Source: Trichoplax sp. H2
Taxonomy: Eukaryota
Reading direction: 5' to 3'
Assembly (NCBI GenBank): GCA_003344405.1
Contig: NOWV01000139.1
Span: 1 to 64,000, forward strand
DNA length: 64,000 nt
In this document: positions 28,101 through 41,052 of the stretch, piece by piece
How the letters are laid out: every line of letters begins with the position of its first letter
How positions within the stretch are numbered: the stretch's first letter is position 1
Notes under the pieces: generated by a model
What the model saw: the letters and a program-made list of their open reading frames with translations, nothing else
Database searches by the model: none
Told to the model about the DNA's origin: nothing
Position numbers and translations under genes: made by a program

Positions 28101-28188
28101 TTTCCGGTAATATTTTGCCAAAGTTACCGCAGCAAGCTTGATAAACTACTTGAGGTTGCTGAGTTTGTATTTGTACTTGCTCACCCAT
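25102..28188 (-). CDS. MS4A/CD20-like four-TM protein, paralog A; exons 28188-27922, 27502-27443, 26710-26486, 26032-25936, 25262-25102
   Basis: Q-rich N-terminus, CCG motif, TM1, IWAGVF|YILCGIFAI TM2 (CD20-family-like WxG...G motif), TM3/TM4 exon, tail LPPLYD. Canonical splice sites with intact frame. Confidence 0.8.
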
Positions 28189-29220
28189 TTTAATATCCAA
28201 TCTTGCTTGTATTGTTGAGATAAAGATTACTTTGCTTTATTTGGAATAATTTTGAAAGATGGAATGAAAGTCGTGTTAGAGCGTGCAAATTAAAAATAGG
28301 ATTTCCATTAGTTGATATTAATGGCAAACCGTTTGATTAATTTTTAACTTAATATATATTGCTCTAACAGATAGTTAAGGATAGGGAATAAAGAAGTTTA
28401 TCATTCAATTTCTAGGATGATCGACTATAGTTTGTTTTCTGTAAGTTATAGCCCGCGCTAGCATGACTGTCATTTTCATAATTTATCATAATATCAAATC
28501 ATTTTCTAGCCCTACCTTGTAACCAAGTGATCTAAGAAAAAATTGATCTTCTTTGTTTCTCCACGAGCGTAATTCTGACCCACTTAAGCGATAGCAATCG
28601 CTTTTTACAACGATATTACAGCCTCTGTAACAATAATTTTCTGTCTAATTAATTCCGCAGCGAGAATTTGACTGGTAGCTATTTTAAGTATATGGCGTTT
28701 AAACTCTATGACGTAATGCCTATAATGGCTATACTGGGTATATGAAGTGCTTTCGACCTCTTGAAATAAAATATAAATGGGATCGCCATCAATTAGATCA
28801 GTGACGTCTTTTAAATTGTTAGCAGAACAATGTCGAAAAGAATAGAAATAGAAGATTGATCTATTTAAATTGACTACCATTATTTACGGAAGTTTGAATA
28901 CTCCGCTCACTTTGCTATCATTATTAATGGACAACATATATCATTTCTAGCTGTTAGAATAATTCTTTGCTAACGTAATCGTTTATAAGTTAACGATTGT
29001 GTTAAATGATCATAATTTTGAATTAAAGATGGGATCGCTTGATTAGCTTACTAATACCTAATATATCAGATCTAAACTAGCCTCTTTTCTCCTCTTTTTT
29101 AATACACTTTTCTACTATTGTCTTAGTATATAGTTTTATTGTTATTAAAAGACTTAATTCATAAGCTGAATGAGGATAATAAGATGCATTGCAAGCCCAA
29201 CGAACGATACGACGAAAAGG

Positions 29221-29330
29221 AAATTAAAGTCCTCATTCTGCTGATTAAAGTACATAAGATTGATTAAATATAGTATCCGATATTTAATCAATCTTATGTA
29301 CTTTAATTAGCAGAATGAGGACTTTAATTT
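29221..29330. repeat. Near-perfect inverted repeat: 51-bp arms, 8-nt loop, one mismatch
   Basis: Arm 29221-29271 is the reverse complement of 29280-29330 except for one G/T pair. Confidence 0.97.
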
Positions 29331-29939
29331 AACGCTCTGAATTTATAAAGAATAAACTAAGCATTAGAATCTTTCCTTTCAGAAGTGCATATAGATAACA
29401 TATCGCATCTTTCTTCTAATATATCAAGAGTTTATTATTATCAGATTAAATAATTAGAGCAGTAAAATAGCGATAACAAAGTTGATTTGACTGTATTTAA
29501 TCCCATATGCTCTAATTTAGCTTAAGCTGAAGATATGAACTTTAGTTCTGCCTTCCTTATACTTTATGAGCCATTTCAACACAAGAATGACATCAGAAAG
29601 ATAGGAAACATGCAAGTATTCTCGATTTGTGTTACATTGAATTATATTATTGATATATATGTAATAACATGCCCGAAATTACGCTGTATTGAATCAGCTT
29701 TTCGCCATTTTGATCTGAAGATGGAACTTTAGCTTGGCTATTTTCTCTTACTCAACAACTTAGATATAGACCAATTACTATTATCATTCTTTTTATTACG
29801 AAATCGATTTAGTTAAAGTTAAATAATAATATAACTAAGTTGATAAAGTAAAAATAAGAAGTGCAAGCTTGTATTTAAAGGGCGATGTTTAAATCTGAAG
29901 ATAGAACTTTTAGCTTATCACTCAATCTTAATGGATAGG

Positions 29940-30505
29940 AGTTACGAAGCGAAGCACCGTACATGTTAATTAAGTAGATTTCGTTATGTAGCCAATGGCA
30001 TTACGGTAAACAGTAATTTTGCATATTAATCGTGCATAGTTTTGCTAGAAACCAAGATGTAAGCGTGTTCTGAAATTAATTAGTATAATCTTTATGGATA
30101 CTAATATTGGCTTCACATTAGCACCAGCCGGGCGGTGCGAGCAAGGTGCGAATAATCTGCTGAGCCTCGTACCTTTAATTGGCTATTTATTAGTTATCGC
30201 CTATTAAAGTTGCTTACTAGTTGCATCTATAGTAAACTTTATAGTTTATTGAGAGTTGTTTCCTTGTACAAGCCATGTAAATATTATGCTGCTAAATTAC
30301 CACGTTTGCACCATAAGTTTGGTGGTAGGGTATAAAAGGAGGAGCGAATGCTTAGCTTCTCAGTTCGCGATTAGATAGCGTTCCTGCTACTCTATTAATA
30401 AAACTTTACTTAATTCTTAGAACAGCCTTATTCCTGTGGGATTGTACTGTGAGTAGTATAGGGCTACCGCACAGTAGACCTCCAGGTGTAGTGGAGATAG
30501 GAACA
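29940..30505 (+). mobile_element. Possible degenerate solo LTR (boundaries uncertain)
   Basis: Locally GC-richer. TATAAAA at 30331, TCAGTT initiator ~31 nt downstream and AATAAA at 30397 give the U3-R-U5 order. No convincing TSD. Confidence 0.4.
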
Positions 30506-32170
30506 AGTAATCTATTAGGTTGGGACAGTAGTTCGCAAGTCAAGTTTGTGATAATAGGTTAGACATGAATTTTCGATACCACACTCATATTTCATGGTAC
30601 TTACTTTTAAAATTGATATTTCATTAAGTGAAATTAAGGTATAGCTAAAGTAATAAATAAATTTGAATTAATACTCAGTGATTGATATCTTTAGCAGAAG
30701 GTACTTTAGCCTAGCTCTTTCCTTTCATAGAATGGATCAAACATGACAGTGTCTCGGTTATTATCCTCTCTAATAACACCAATTTCTGAGGTATCATGCG
30801 ACCAAATAATTTACTTTACTAACTAATTTAACTCAGAATTGATACAATAGCAGTAACAACATCAAGAACATGCTTGATAAAGTACCGATATTGCAATGTT
30901 TAATTTATGACGGTTATTTAATCTTTTCTAGTTTATTTTCGATCTATTAATATTTTATTGCTAAACTATTGATACAGTATACGCACGGAACTTCAACCTT
31001 TTTACTAGTATTATAAATACAATTGCTTTCATACAGAATAATGCAAACTTGATGGTTTGCTAACAGTTTAAGTTGCTACAATTATTGAAAGGGTTATCAT
31101 AACCTTTCAATAATAGGAACTATTCGGTAAACTATTATAGGTAGATTATAGATTTGTATTATTTTGACTAGTGAATACGTAAATCAAAATATACGATTGC
31201 TTATCATAAGTTATTAGATATAACAAATTCGTAAATCTACATCGTTAAGCGACGAAAGATTTAAATTATTACATCGCGTATTACTTTCATTTCATAATGA
31301 ACTTAAACAGATGAATAGCATGCTAATAAATTTCTGTTTCTATAGTTAACGACTGCAATTATAGAAGAATAATGTTACAAATTTGCATTTGAACTTTAAA
31401 GTTATTGCAAATTACATTTTCTATGCTAATTTTATCTACTATAATTTTAGATAGATAAACTAAAAATTCGATATTAACTCGTGAAATTAGGTTTCGAAAT
31501 ATTTCACTAATTCGGTGCATTTAAGACTGACTATAATTAGCAAAGCTGCATGTTATGCCATAGTGCAATAAATCAATTATAAATTAATAAAAGTTGAAGC
31601 TAAATTTACCAAGTAATGCTACTGTCCTCTATCTCATAAGAGTTGTACTGTAGTGCTGGTACTCTTAGTTAACTAATTTTACCAATGAGCATAAACAATA
31701 AACGGCAGAATTTAAGGTAAGCTAGATAATATTAACTGGACATATTGATTAAGGTAATGGAAAGCAGGAAAATATGATTTTCGATAATGCACGAAAATCC
31801 CATTACATATGAATACAACAAGCAGTTTATGAGTAAATACCGTAATACAGATTCAGCAGTATCTAATTGAGCTCACAAAGTTATTCATATATATTGCTAA
31901 AGCCATTCAATATATAAATTTTGAGGTTGTTTTCTTCAATAAATAGTATTCGCGATGCAATAGCATTTTGCAAAAGAATTATTATTAACAAGCCAGAAAC
32001 CAATATTCTTGATCTTACCACTAGTTAATTACTTTTATTTGCGATCAGCATGATTTGAGATTTAGAGTTAAATTATATTTGCTACTGATCAATATTGAAT
32101 ATTTAAAGCCATACATTCTTTTTATTGTCTCTCGATATCGAATATGGATATTATACTTTGTATACCGTAA

Positions 32171-34313
32171 TCACTCTGAGTACTGCGGCGGTAGTGGTTG
32201 CTCAAGTTGTTGCATTGGTTGATCAATTATAGTTTCGGTAGTTATATATCGAGATCGGTCGGATAGGCCTGTATGGACGTAAAGTGGTTGAAGAGGCTGC
32301 TGTGCTAAAACTAGGTTATGCAATCAATTCAAGTCTTAGGAATCTGATTAGTTTATGTGTTATAACGTACTGGTATTTCGGTTGATTTTTATTATTTAAA
32401 CTTAATAATCTAATTTTGTTTCATTATAAAGGCTAAGTATGAGATGTCAACTGGACTAAACTTTAAGAATAATAAAGTGAATTGATGAAATAGTGATTAC
32501 AATCAATTCTTATAGTAAGATTTGGCAACAACCCAAACTTATTATTATTATAAATACAGAAGAATCTTTTTATGTAGACTTGAAATGATACTGCTGTCTA
32601 TCTACGAGTAAATAAATTAAATATGCAGTAGCTGTTCATATTTTGAAATTACTCCTACAAGACGTTTTTACTTATACTATATCATTGCACTAGTGTCGTT
32701 AGACTCACCCAGTTGATTTGGAATATGTTGAATTGTTGGTACTTGATTGCTGTCGCCCTGATGATGGGCAGGAGACATTCTCTTTTATTTATTATACAGA
32801 AAACAAGAAAAATCAAAATATTAACAAATATTAAGAAAAGTCAGAATTGAAGTTTACAAGAATAATTTAACCAATGCCAGTCTCCATCATAAATCGTTAC
32901 GATCATAAACTGGAAGGATAGTATAATATAAGTAAAATATGATATTTTGCTTTTACTGTGGTATTTCTCCACTCTAACGAAGATGTCAAGATAGTAAGCT
33001 GTTACTTGAGAAATATTAATCTTAATTTATGATATGCATTATTAATATATTTAGTTACAGAATTCACGGGATAGCCAGTGGTTTACGTGCATCATAAGAA
33101 TGCACTACAATCCTGTAGATAAAGATTCAATATTCTCATAGCTAAGCCGTATGGAACTATAATTCTATGAAAATTGATGACACTTGACGATGTAGATTTA
33201 AAATTTAGAATAAACTATTTAATTCATTTGCTGTAAGCTAAGAAAGGGTATATGTGGTATATTACTATGAAGATATACATAGTTTAAGCCTTAGGGCTAC
33301 TTATTATTTCATTAATTTTATCAAACAATCCAATTCTACTTACAGCTAAAGTTGGTTTGCAATAAATGCTATTACTTAAAATAATGATCGACGCTAGCGA
33401 GAAAGAGAAGGCAAGGGCTGATAATAATATGGATACTGCATTGAACCAAACACTTGCGATAGCATTGGCATTAAGCATAGTACCAAAACTTATACCACAA
33501 TGAGCCAAGGAAAGTAAAAAGCTTATAATAGATAAAATAAAGAAAGTATGTGCCTGTAGAAAAAGAGTGTTCCATATCTTACTCACTGGTTGAAATCAGA
33601 ATACTCGTTGTTAATACTCTTCATCAATAATACCTTATACTTCAGGAAATAAACCTTAAGTTAAAAATATTTAAAACAACTTACCAAATATCGATTGAAA
33701 CAATTTTTATATGTAGAAATGGCAAAAATTCCTGTTAAAACATACTAGATAGTAGAATAGACGGAAGGTATTCATAAAAATTTTCATCAAGTAAAATTTT
33801 TAGTAACTGGATTCGCATATCTTAAAATCCAGTTAGAGTCGAGATTATTTAAATTTGGCAGTTATGGTATACGTATACTCATGTTAAGTTATTTTATGCC
33901 ATATTCAAATTAGTAAAAGCTCATATTTAAATAATATCAAAGCCTTTAGATGCATAGGATCCTATGATTGCAAGGTATTTTATCCGTTTAAATTATTATG
34001 ATATAAAATTTTGATTTATATCCATCGTTTAAAGACTTACAAAGATTCCGGCCCAAATATTCGGGCCTATAAAAGCACTCATATTGTAAAGATGAATATA
34101 AGTTCCGTCATTATTATGATGATAGGATGAAGTAGCAAATAATCCAACGATGCCAATAGTAAGACTAATTAGGCCAGTAATAAAAGTACTAACGCCTATG
34201 CCAAATACTACCGATCGTACACGATGCGGTAATTCCTTTGCAAATGGAGCTCTACAAGGTTGGTACGTAATACGAGATTGTGGAAGATAAAATGGTGTTT
34301 GATAATTTGCCAT
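32171..34313 (-). CDS. MS4A/CD20-like four-TM protein, paralog B; exons 34313-34041, 33744-33685, 33553-33344, 32781-32709, 32310-32171
   Basis: Same exon layout as paralog A; IGPNIWAGIF|YVLTGIFAI; WFNAVS; tail LPPQYSE*. Confidence 0.8.
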
Positions 34314-37290
34314 ACTGAAAGGTATTGCGGAGTATTGATCTGATGATTTGAAACGATTCCTTCGCTGATAGAGCAGTTAGTAAAAAGTGACATTTAATTT
34401 GCATTAGTCTTTTTGTTGACCTTAATCTTTACGTTTTCAATCACATTAGTTATATTTACCTTAGAATAAGATCTGCCACACTTTATAGAATTTTCAAAAT
34501 AATTCTCTGTTACTAAAGCTCCGATACTTAAAGTACCTTATTCTATAAGATATATACCAACAGCATTTGAGTATTTATTACAGTATAGTTCTAACATACT
34601 TTATCATTATTTAACAATTAATTGACTCGTAAATGGATATAGAATATATCTGACGTTATTTGCTCTATATTGCGTCACAAAGCAACCATTTCTTAGTATA
34701 TTAAAGGATCTGCTTGACTTAAATCCTCTGGGCAATGACCTTATTGATTATTTATTAATCTTAAAATAACAATTTTGATCTTGAAGGGTCTAAGAGAAAG
34801 GCAAAATAGCTTCAGGGCCTAAATCCATTCAATCTTGTCGATATCAAGAGTTATTTATTTAATTCTGCTAAAGAACAATGTCAGATTGTATCCTAAAAGT
34901 AGGTGTTGAATATCTACATTCCTAATTTTCCCTGGAGCAAAATACTCATTAATGAATTTAATATGCTGATTGCTAAGTTCTTCTCATTTTTCTATATTAA
35001 CATTAAAGAGCGAGCGTCATATTTGAGGTAAATGTTATCAGCTTCTATTCAAGTGTGACTTAAATTAGAAGAAACTTAACCGCCAATTGAGTAGCAAGAG
35101 CTAAGCAAGGTTGTTTACGTTAATTTTGCTGGCTACTCTATTGCAACAAAATTATGATATTAATATGATATTACGATGACACGATTACATTTATATTACA
35201 AATCCTTCTAACAAAATAATGCAACTAGATACTTTATTTACTTTATTCTCTCAAGATAAATTGGTAATAAATTAAGATTTCATGACTACACTATCAGATT
35301 ACAATTGTAATCCGATAATACCAAGTTCTTCATAATGAATTTGATGATTTGCTAAGTGTGGCAGACATCTGGTTCTAGAACTATTTATTTATGATAATTT
35401 GAGTTATTATTGCAAGCTGGTGAATTACTATTGCATATAAGACAGCATTCCAACTAAAGCGCAATTTATTATTGTAAAATTTACTTAATTCTATAACAAA
35501 TTTTGAGAGCGAGCTAAGCTTCTAATACAGTGACAATAGACTGGTATTATAAAACTTGAAATAGCAGTAGCTCTTCTAAATGGATTTAATTTCTCAGTAC
35601 AAACGCTATCTTAGACTAATTTAATATACAGTATTTTGGTAGATTATATTTCTATAACTACACTTAAGGAGTACCGTTACAATTATAGTAATATGAACGG
35701 TTGTTAAAAATGAACTTGAATTATTAAGTCAGATATTGTTTCGGACAATTTAGTATCTAACATGCACATTAAAATTGCTATAATATACTAATAGAAGCTT
35801 TTAAACTTATGAAGTAATTGATTTTTATAGTCTTTACAAATGAATTCAATTACGGCAAAGCAATAAGACAACGTATTTGTGATTAATTATGATTTTAATC
35901 TATACCAATAGGATATCATCGGAACTATAGGTAAAAGTAGTCGTTACAGGCTTATTTATTCAGGCTAATTATGATAATTAGCTTTATAATCCATTAAAAT
36001 CTTTGATATAAGTAGTATTTTATTTAGAGTCTGTGAAAGAATACTGATCAAAGAGTCAAGAATAGGGGGAGTTGAAAATTTTTACTTTATGTTCTCGTCA
36101 AAATATTTATCAAGTAAGTTTCAAAAGCATGAAAGGATATTCTCTATCGGTATAAAAATAATACCATAGGTATTGATCTTAATTTCGATAATGCTAATTG
36201 GCATTGAGCTCGATTTTTCTGATAAGTTGTACGCTATTATTTTAGACTGCTTAAGGCAGATTTGATAAAAATAAATAGTCTATTAGAAAAATTTTACTCT
36301 ATTCCTCTCTGTATACGGCGTATCTAGATAATTGCTTACTTATAATTACGAAGCTACGAATGCTCAGGCAGGCAAGTTAGCTGAAAATAAAAGGACCTTG
36401 ACTTTTCTCTGCTCAGCTTCTAGTATGATATTTATAGACTCTCTGCATTTCTTTATTTATCAGATTGCCAGCCTTAGTATAATGAAGTCATATTTTGATC
36501 GACAGGTTATGATTTAAGGTATAAAGTTGTCGTTTAGTATTAAAAAATAGCTAAGAGTTCGTAATGTTCATTTAAGAATTAATATTCACGCACAAAGAGA
36601 TTGACTGACGCAGCCTAAAATTTTTTAAACTATAACCGTCGATTACAGTATAAATTTTTTCTCTTTCGAGTGCTGTATATGATCCTGAAGCTATTAGAGT
36701 TTTATTCAAGTATGAAATGTTGTTGATGGACTAATCTTGATCTATTTAATTAAAAAATTTCTATCTGAAAAAAGCAGAGCTTTTGCTTTTTTACGTTTTA
36801 TCGTGTTAAGTATTTATACCCAAAAGATCAAGCTCCTGTTAATAAGAAAATTAATACAATACATAAAAATGCTTTTATTAATAACTGAAGCTAACGTGCA
36901 TTTTTACAGTCATTGCTTATCAATTACGATCGCAGTAGTTCGCAATCTTATAATGATAATATTCTATTGAAATTCTGCATAGTTATCTCTAATAAATACT
37001 TATATTATTTCTATTTCAGCAAAGCAGTATGCAATACTGAGCTGACTTCATAAATACGCATATATAAATACGAAAATTTACTAAATAATGATACTTAAGC
37101 TCGAAAACATTTAATTCTGAGTTGACCATGTAAAAGTATATTAACACGAGAATTTATATCATAAGATGACATTGTAAGATTGTTACTAGTGATAGCTTTA
37201 AACTGCAGACCCTTTATTCTAATTGAAGTATTTACTTAAGTAATTATTATTTCGATATTTAGTCGTGTTAATTTACAATTTCACAAATAT

Positions 37291-39658
37291 TTATCTGCTT
37301 GCAGGAATTTGTGCTGTTGTCGAAGGTTGGAAATTGGCGTATTGTGGAGGCTGTGCTACTTGATCGACAGGCACTTTAGTAGTCATTGAAGTTTGTGGCA
37401 TAGCTACAGCTTGCATATACACTGGCTGACCGGCTGGATATCCGGTAGCTAAATAGAATTAGAAAGGATAAGCTATTATGTGTATATCTCTAATGATGCT
37501 AGTTGGAAATGGTCGTAATTTTAAGTTAGTTGCTGATTAATGGTTGATCTGTTTATTTTATAATCGGAGGGCTACATACAAATCATATATATATATATAT
37601 ATATATATATAACTACCTCTGAAAAAGAATAAACACAGACAGTAATCATATTAGCAACACTATACGTTATTATATTAACAACTAACCTATTTGTCCAGGG
37701 TATTGCTGAATTGTGACTGGCTGAGCTGCTGCTCCTTGATAGTAAACAGCTATCGCATTATGCTAATCAAATTGTCGGAGGAGGGAAAAATTTAGATTAT
37801 TTTAGTTCAGATAATAAATTAAAAATTTTGATCTTCCTTAATACTACTAACTTATAGTTTTCAGCTCTTTAGTTAATAAATTGGTTATAAAGTGCAATTG
37901 TAAATATATAATTGCACGATTATACCGTAACTCTTAATATTAAGAGCTCTACTGAAATGTAATTTTTGGACATTGCAAGCATGGTAGCAAATTTTAGAAT
38001 TCATAGTATGACTTACAGAATTAAGATAAACTGTATATGCAGAAGATTTCTAATTTATAAACTTACGTTGTGGCTAGGTCCGCAGTAAATATGATGACCT
38101 AAGATGACAATACAGGTCAAGGCGAGAGAAAATCCCACAATTGAAGTAAGAATGGAAACGATGTTGAACCAAATGCTATACCTAGCATGGTAATCAAACA
38201 TAGTGCCAAGGCTTATGCCAAAGTGAAAGATGGACAAGATGAAACTGATTATCGAAAAGGCAAAAAAAGAGTTGATCTAAATGGAAAATTAAATCAAATC
38301 ATTTCTATGAGACATACTAAATGACAAGACCACAGAATATTTTTGTCAACAGCATTAGTGTAGTTAGCCCGTTAATATATCAATCGGAAAACTATACATG
38401 TAAAAAATGAACCTTCTTACCAGATGATGGTTGATTCGATTTTTCTGGGATACGATTCCAAAGATGCCGCATAAGATGTACTAAAATTTGATGAATAAAA
38501 ATAATTTATATCTGGCCTACAAAAGAAGTTAAACTCGAATTGTGCCTAAAGGATCTCCGCGATAAATTTTGTCAGTCAATAATATACTGAAAGTAAAATG
38601 TGATCGAAGGTACAGAAATACTATAATACAGAAAATTTTGTAGTATGTTTACTTTTATGGGATAAGAAACTGAGTGATGCCTGATAGAAAGATTTCTTCA
38701 GATGAAATCTAAACTTTTGCCGGCCAAGGCAGCTGCATGGTAGTGAATATTATGGAAGGCAAAAGAAATCATTTTATGGTACTCCTGGTTAGGCTAACTA
38801 CTGGTAGAATAGAGGTAACTAATGGATAATATGAAGATTTAGTATTGTATTTAGATCTCAGTTTTTGAAGTAGAATTTAAGGCCGTAGTCTGTAGATAAG
38901 ATTTAAACGTATGAATTTAAATTTTCTGTAGCGTTTATTAAATCTGTACGTTAGTTTGTATCTGTATACTGTAGTAAACTGTAGGTAAATTTTGTTATAT
39001 CACCTTGTGTAGCTGATATGGAAATGATATTTTCTAGCAGGATTGCTACTGATTGGCCTGAGTGCACTTAACTTTAATTATTTTCTGATTTAGAAAACAT
39101 TACTTCATGACCAGGGTGATCCTTACAAATATAAGTTTGGGTCTGGTGTTAACACTATAGTAACGTCGCTTTAACAAGATTTAAGTTGTTTCGAGAGTAG
39201 ATATACTCGCACATGATTGACAATACAATTGAACATAAGATTTGGATAGATCGAAATTTAGATCACTTTTCCAAGAATAAATCAATCAAGCAAATGTAAA
39301 ATCTTAAAACTAGTTTATGAAATCTATTACAGTATAATTTACTTACAGGAATTCCAACCCAAATGTTAGGGCCAATATTAACTGCTAGGTTGTAATAGTG
39401 ATAAATGATTGAGGTACGACGAGCAACGCTATGTAATGGATGATAGAAATTGTAGTAGCTGCTGGTGGTAAAAAATCCAACGATGCCAACAGTCAAACTA
39501 ATTATACCATTAATAAGCATGGTGATACCAATGGTCGTGGCCAAAGTCTGCATTTTTGGCGTTAAAGTTTTACCAATTCGACTACAACAAGTTTGGTAGA
39601 CTACTTGTTGTGTCTGCTGAGGTTGATGTATAGCTTGTGGTTGATTTGGATTAGCCAT
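37291..39658 (-). CDS. MS4A/CD20-like four-TM protein, paralog C; exons 39658-39347, 38480-38421, 38276-38067, 37762-37687, 37448-37291
   Basis: MANPNQPQ..., TCCS, IGPNIWVGIP|YILCGIFGI, WFNIVS, tail QPPQYA. Confidence 0.8.
37585..37611. repeat. (TA)n microsatellite in paralog C intron 4
   Basis: About 13 AT dinucleotides seen directly. Confidence 0.95.
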
Positions 39659-40422
39659 TTTCAACAAGCTTTCCCTTCAACTGAATGATTCTGGATGATA
39701 AAAATAAATTTTTTTTTGGAGATGCGTAAAATACAAACATTAAGCGTATCAAAAAGCTCGAGAAGTCAGTAACATACAATACACTGATGAGTAGAAGATT
39801 TAATTAAAATATAAAGTAGAAAATTACTGACTCACGCGTACATTTAAAAAAAAATAATTACAATATTCTACAGATTGTTTTTACTGTTGAGATCTTAGCA
39901 AATAGAATATTCTATATTATCCCGGTATCTTCGATTGGATTGAATTTTACCTGATTTCAAGCTGTGAATTGGAGTTTTATCGTATAAATGATTTGGCTAA
40001 AATGCCTTTATTGATATGATCAACCAAGCTTAAATAGCTTAAAACTATATATAGCAGTAATTTAAAAGTTTAACAATTGCTTATTTTCAATAACTAATGG
40101 CAAGACTGGTACAGCCGAGTACGCAAATTATCCCATTGTTTGGAGCAATCTATAGGCGGTATGATTTTGTAGAGTAGGTAACCAGAACTTTGTTATCTTA
40201 TAGAAAAATAACAATATAATGGAGCAAAACCATACAGAAAAGGATAAGAAATAAAAAGGCTGCCTACTATTTCAATAGCAAGCTGTGTTATCGTCTATAA
40301 GCATCTAATCAGCGACTGTTCTACGCAGAAAATAAGTTGGTGGATATACTGGTATCATAATTGATTTTAATTCTATATTAGTTATTCATGACGTCATTTA
40401 AACTCTAGTGGAAGTATAGCTG

Positions 40423-41052
40423 TGTCACAAAACAGCTTTGCAACAAGATAACGTGATATACGATCAATAAGGCAATTCCTTGAACCACGTATCAAGGAAC
40501 GATATCTGTACTATCACAAACACTTTTGCTCTACTAGCAGACTACACAAAGACTTAAACGCCTCGTATTTTACGTTAAACACTAAGTTAGAGAATCCCCT
40601 TTATTTCACGATATACTGCATTTATATACTATTCCTCGATAGTTCATGAGTCATAGTTAATACAATTAACATTAGAATCATTTACTGCATTAGATATTAA
40701 TTATAGCTACTGCTCCCTTAATGCAGACAACAGTATTTACAAACATAGATATGTAATGACTAATACAGAATAGTCAGATTGCGATATGTCCTATCACGGA
40801 ACATTTCCATGATAATTTACAATCTACCATAAGTAAATTACAATCACAATGATTCGAACTGTAAGTAGATGATTTGCATTCCCTATTATAACTATTAATT
40901 TCAGTATGTGTATAAGTGTCACTGTCATAAAATGTCAGAGCTATATTAAAACACAGTATATCCAAATTAGAAGTTAACTAAATAAGGATAGTCTAAAAGA
41001 ATTATCCTAACATAGATATTTCTACTCTAATACAGTATTTAACACTGTCACA
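40423..41052 (-). mobile_element. Solo LTR copy 1 (630 bp) with 5-bp TSD AGCTG
   Basis: TGT...ACA termini. AGCTG flanks both sides (40418-40422, 41053-41057). Highly similar to 47861-48483. TATAAA then AATAAA on the minus strand suggests the orientation. Confidence 0.85.

Noticed and set aside
31081-31114. Short inverted repeat ATTATTGAAAGG...CCTTTCAATAAT
   Set aside because: Real but short, AT-rich and without context; no function can be supported.
32709-32781. Apparent frameshift in paralog B exon 4 (pseudogene?)
   Set aside because: Using the AAG acceptor two bases upstream restores the homologous frame (RMSPAHHQGDSNQV...).
40774-40965. Duplicated small ORF MDILCFNIALT (also 48194-48400)
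   Set aside because: Lies within the solo LTR copies, and its C-terminus is frameshifted between copies.
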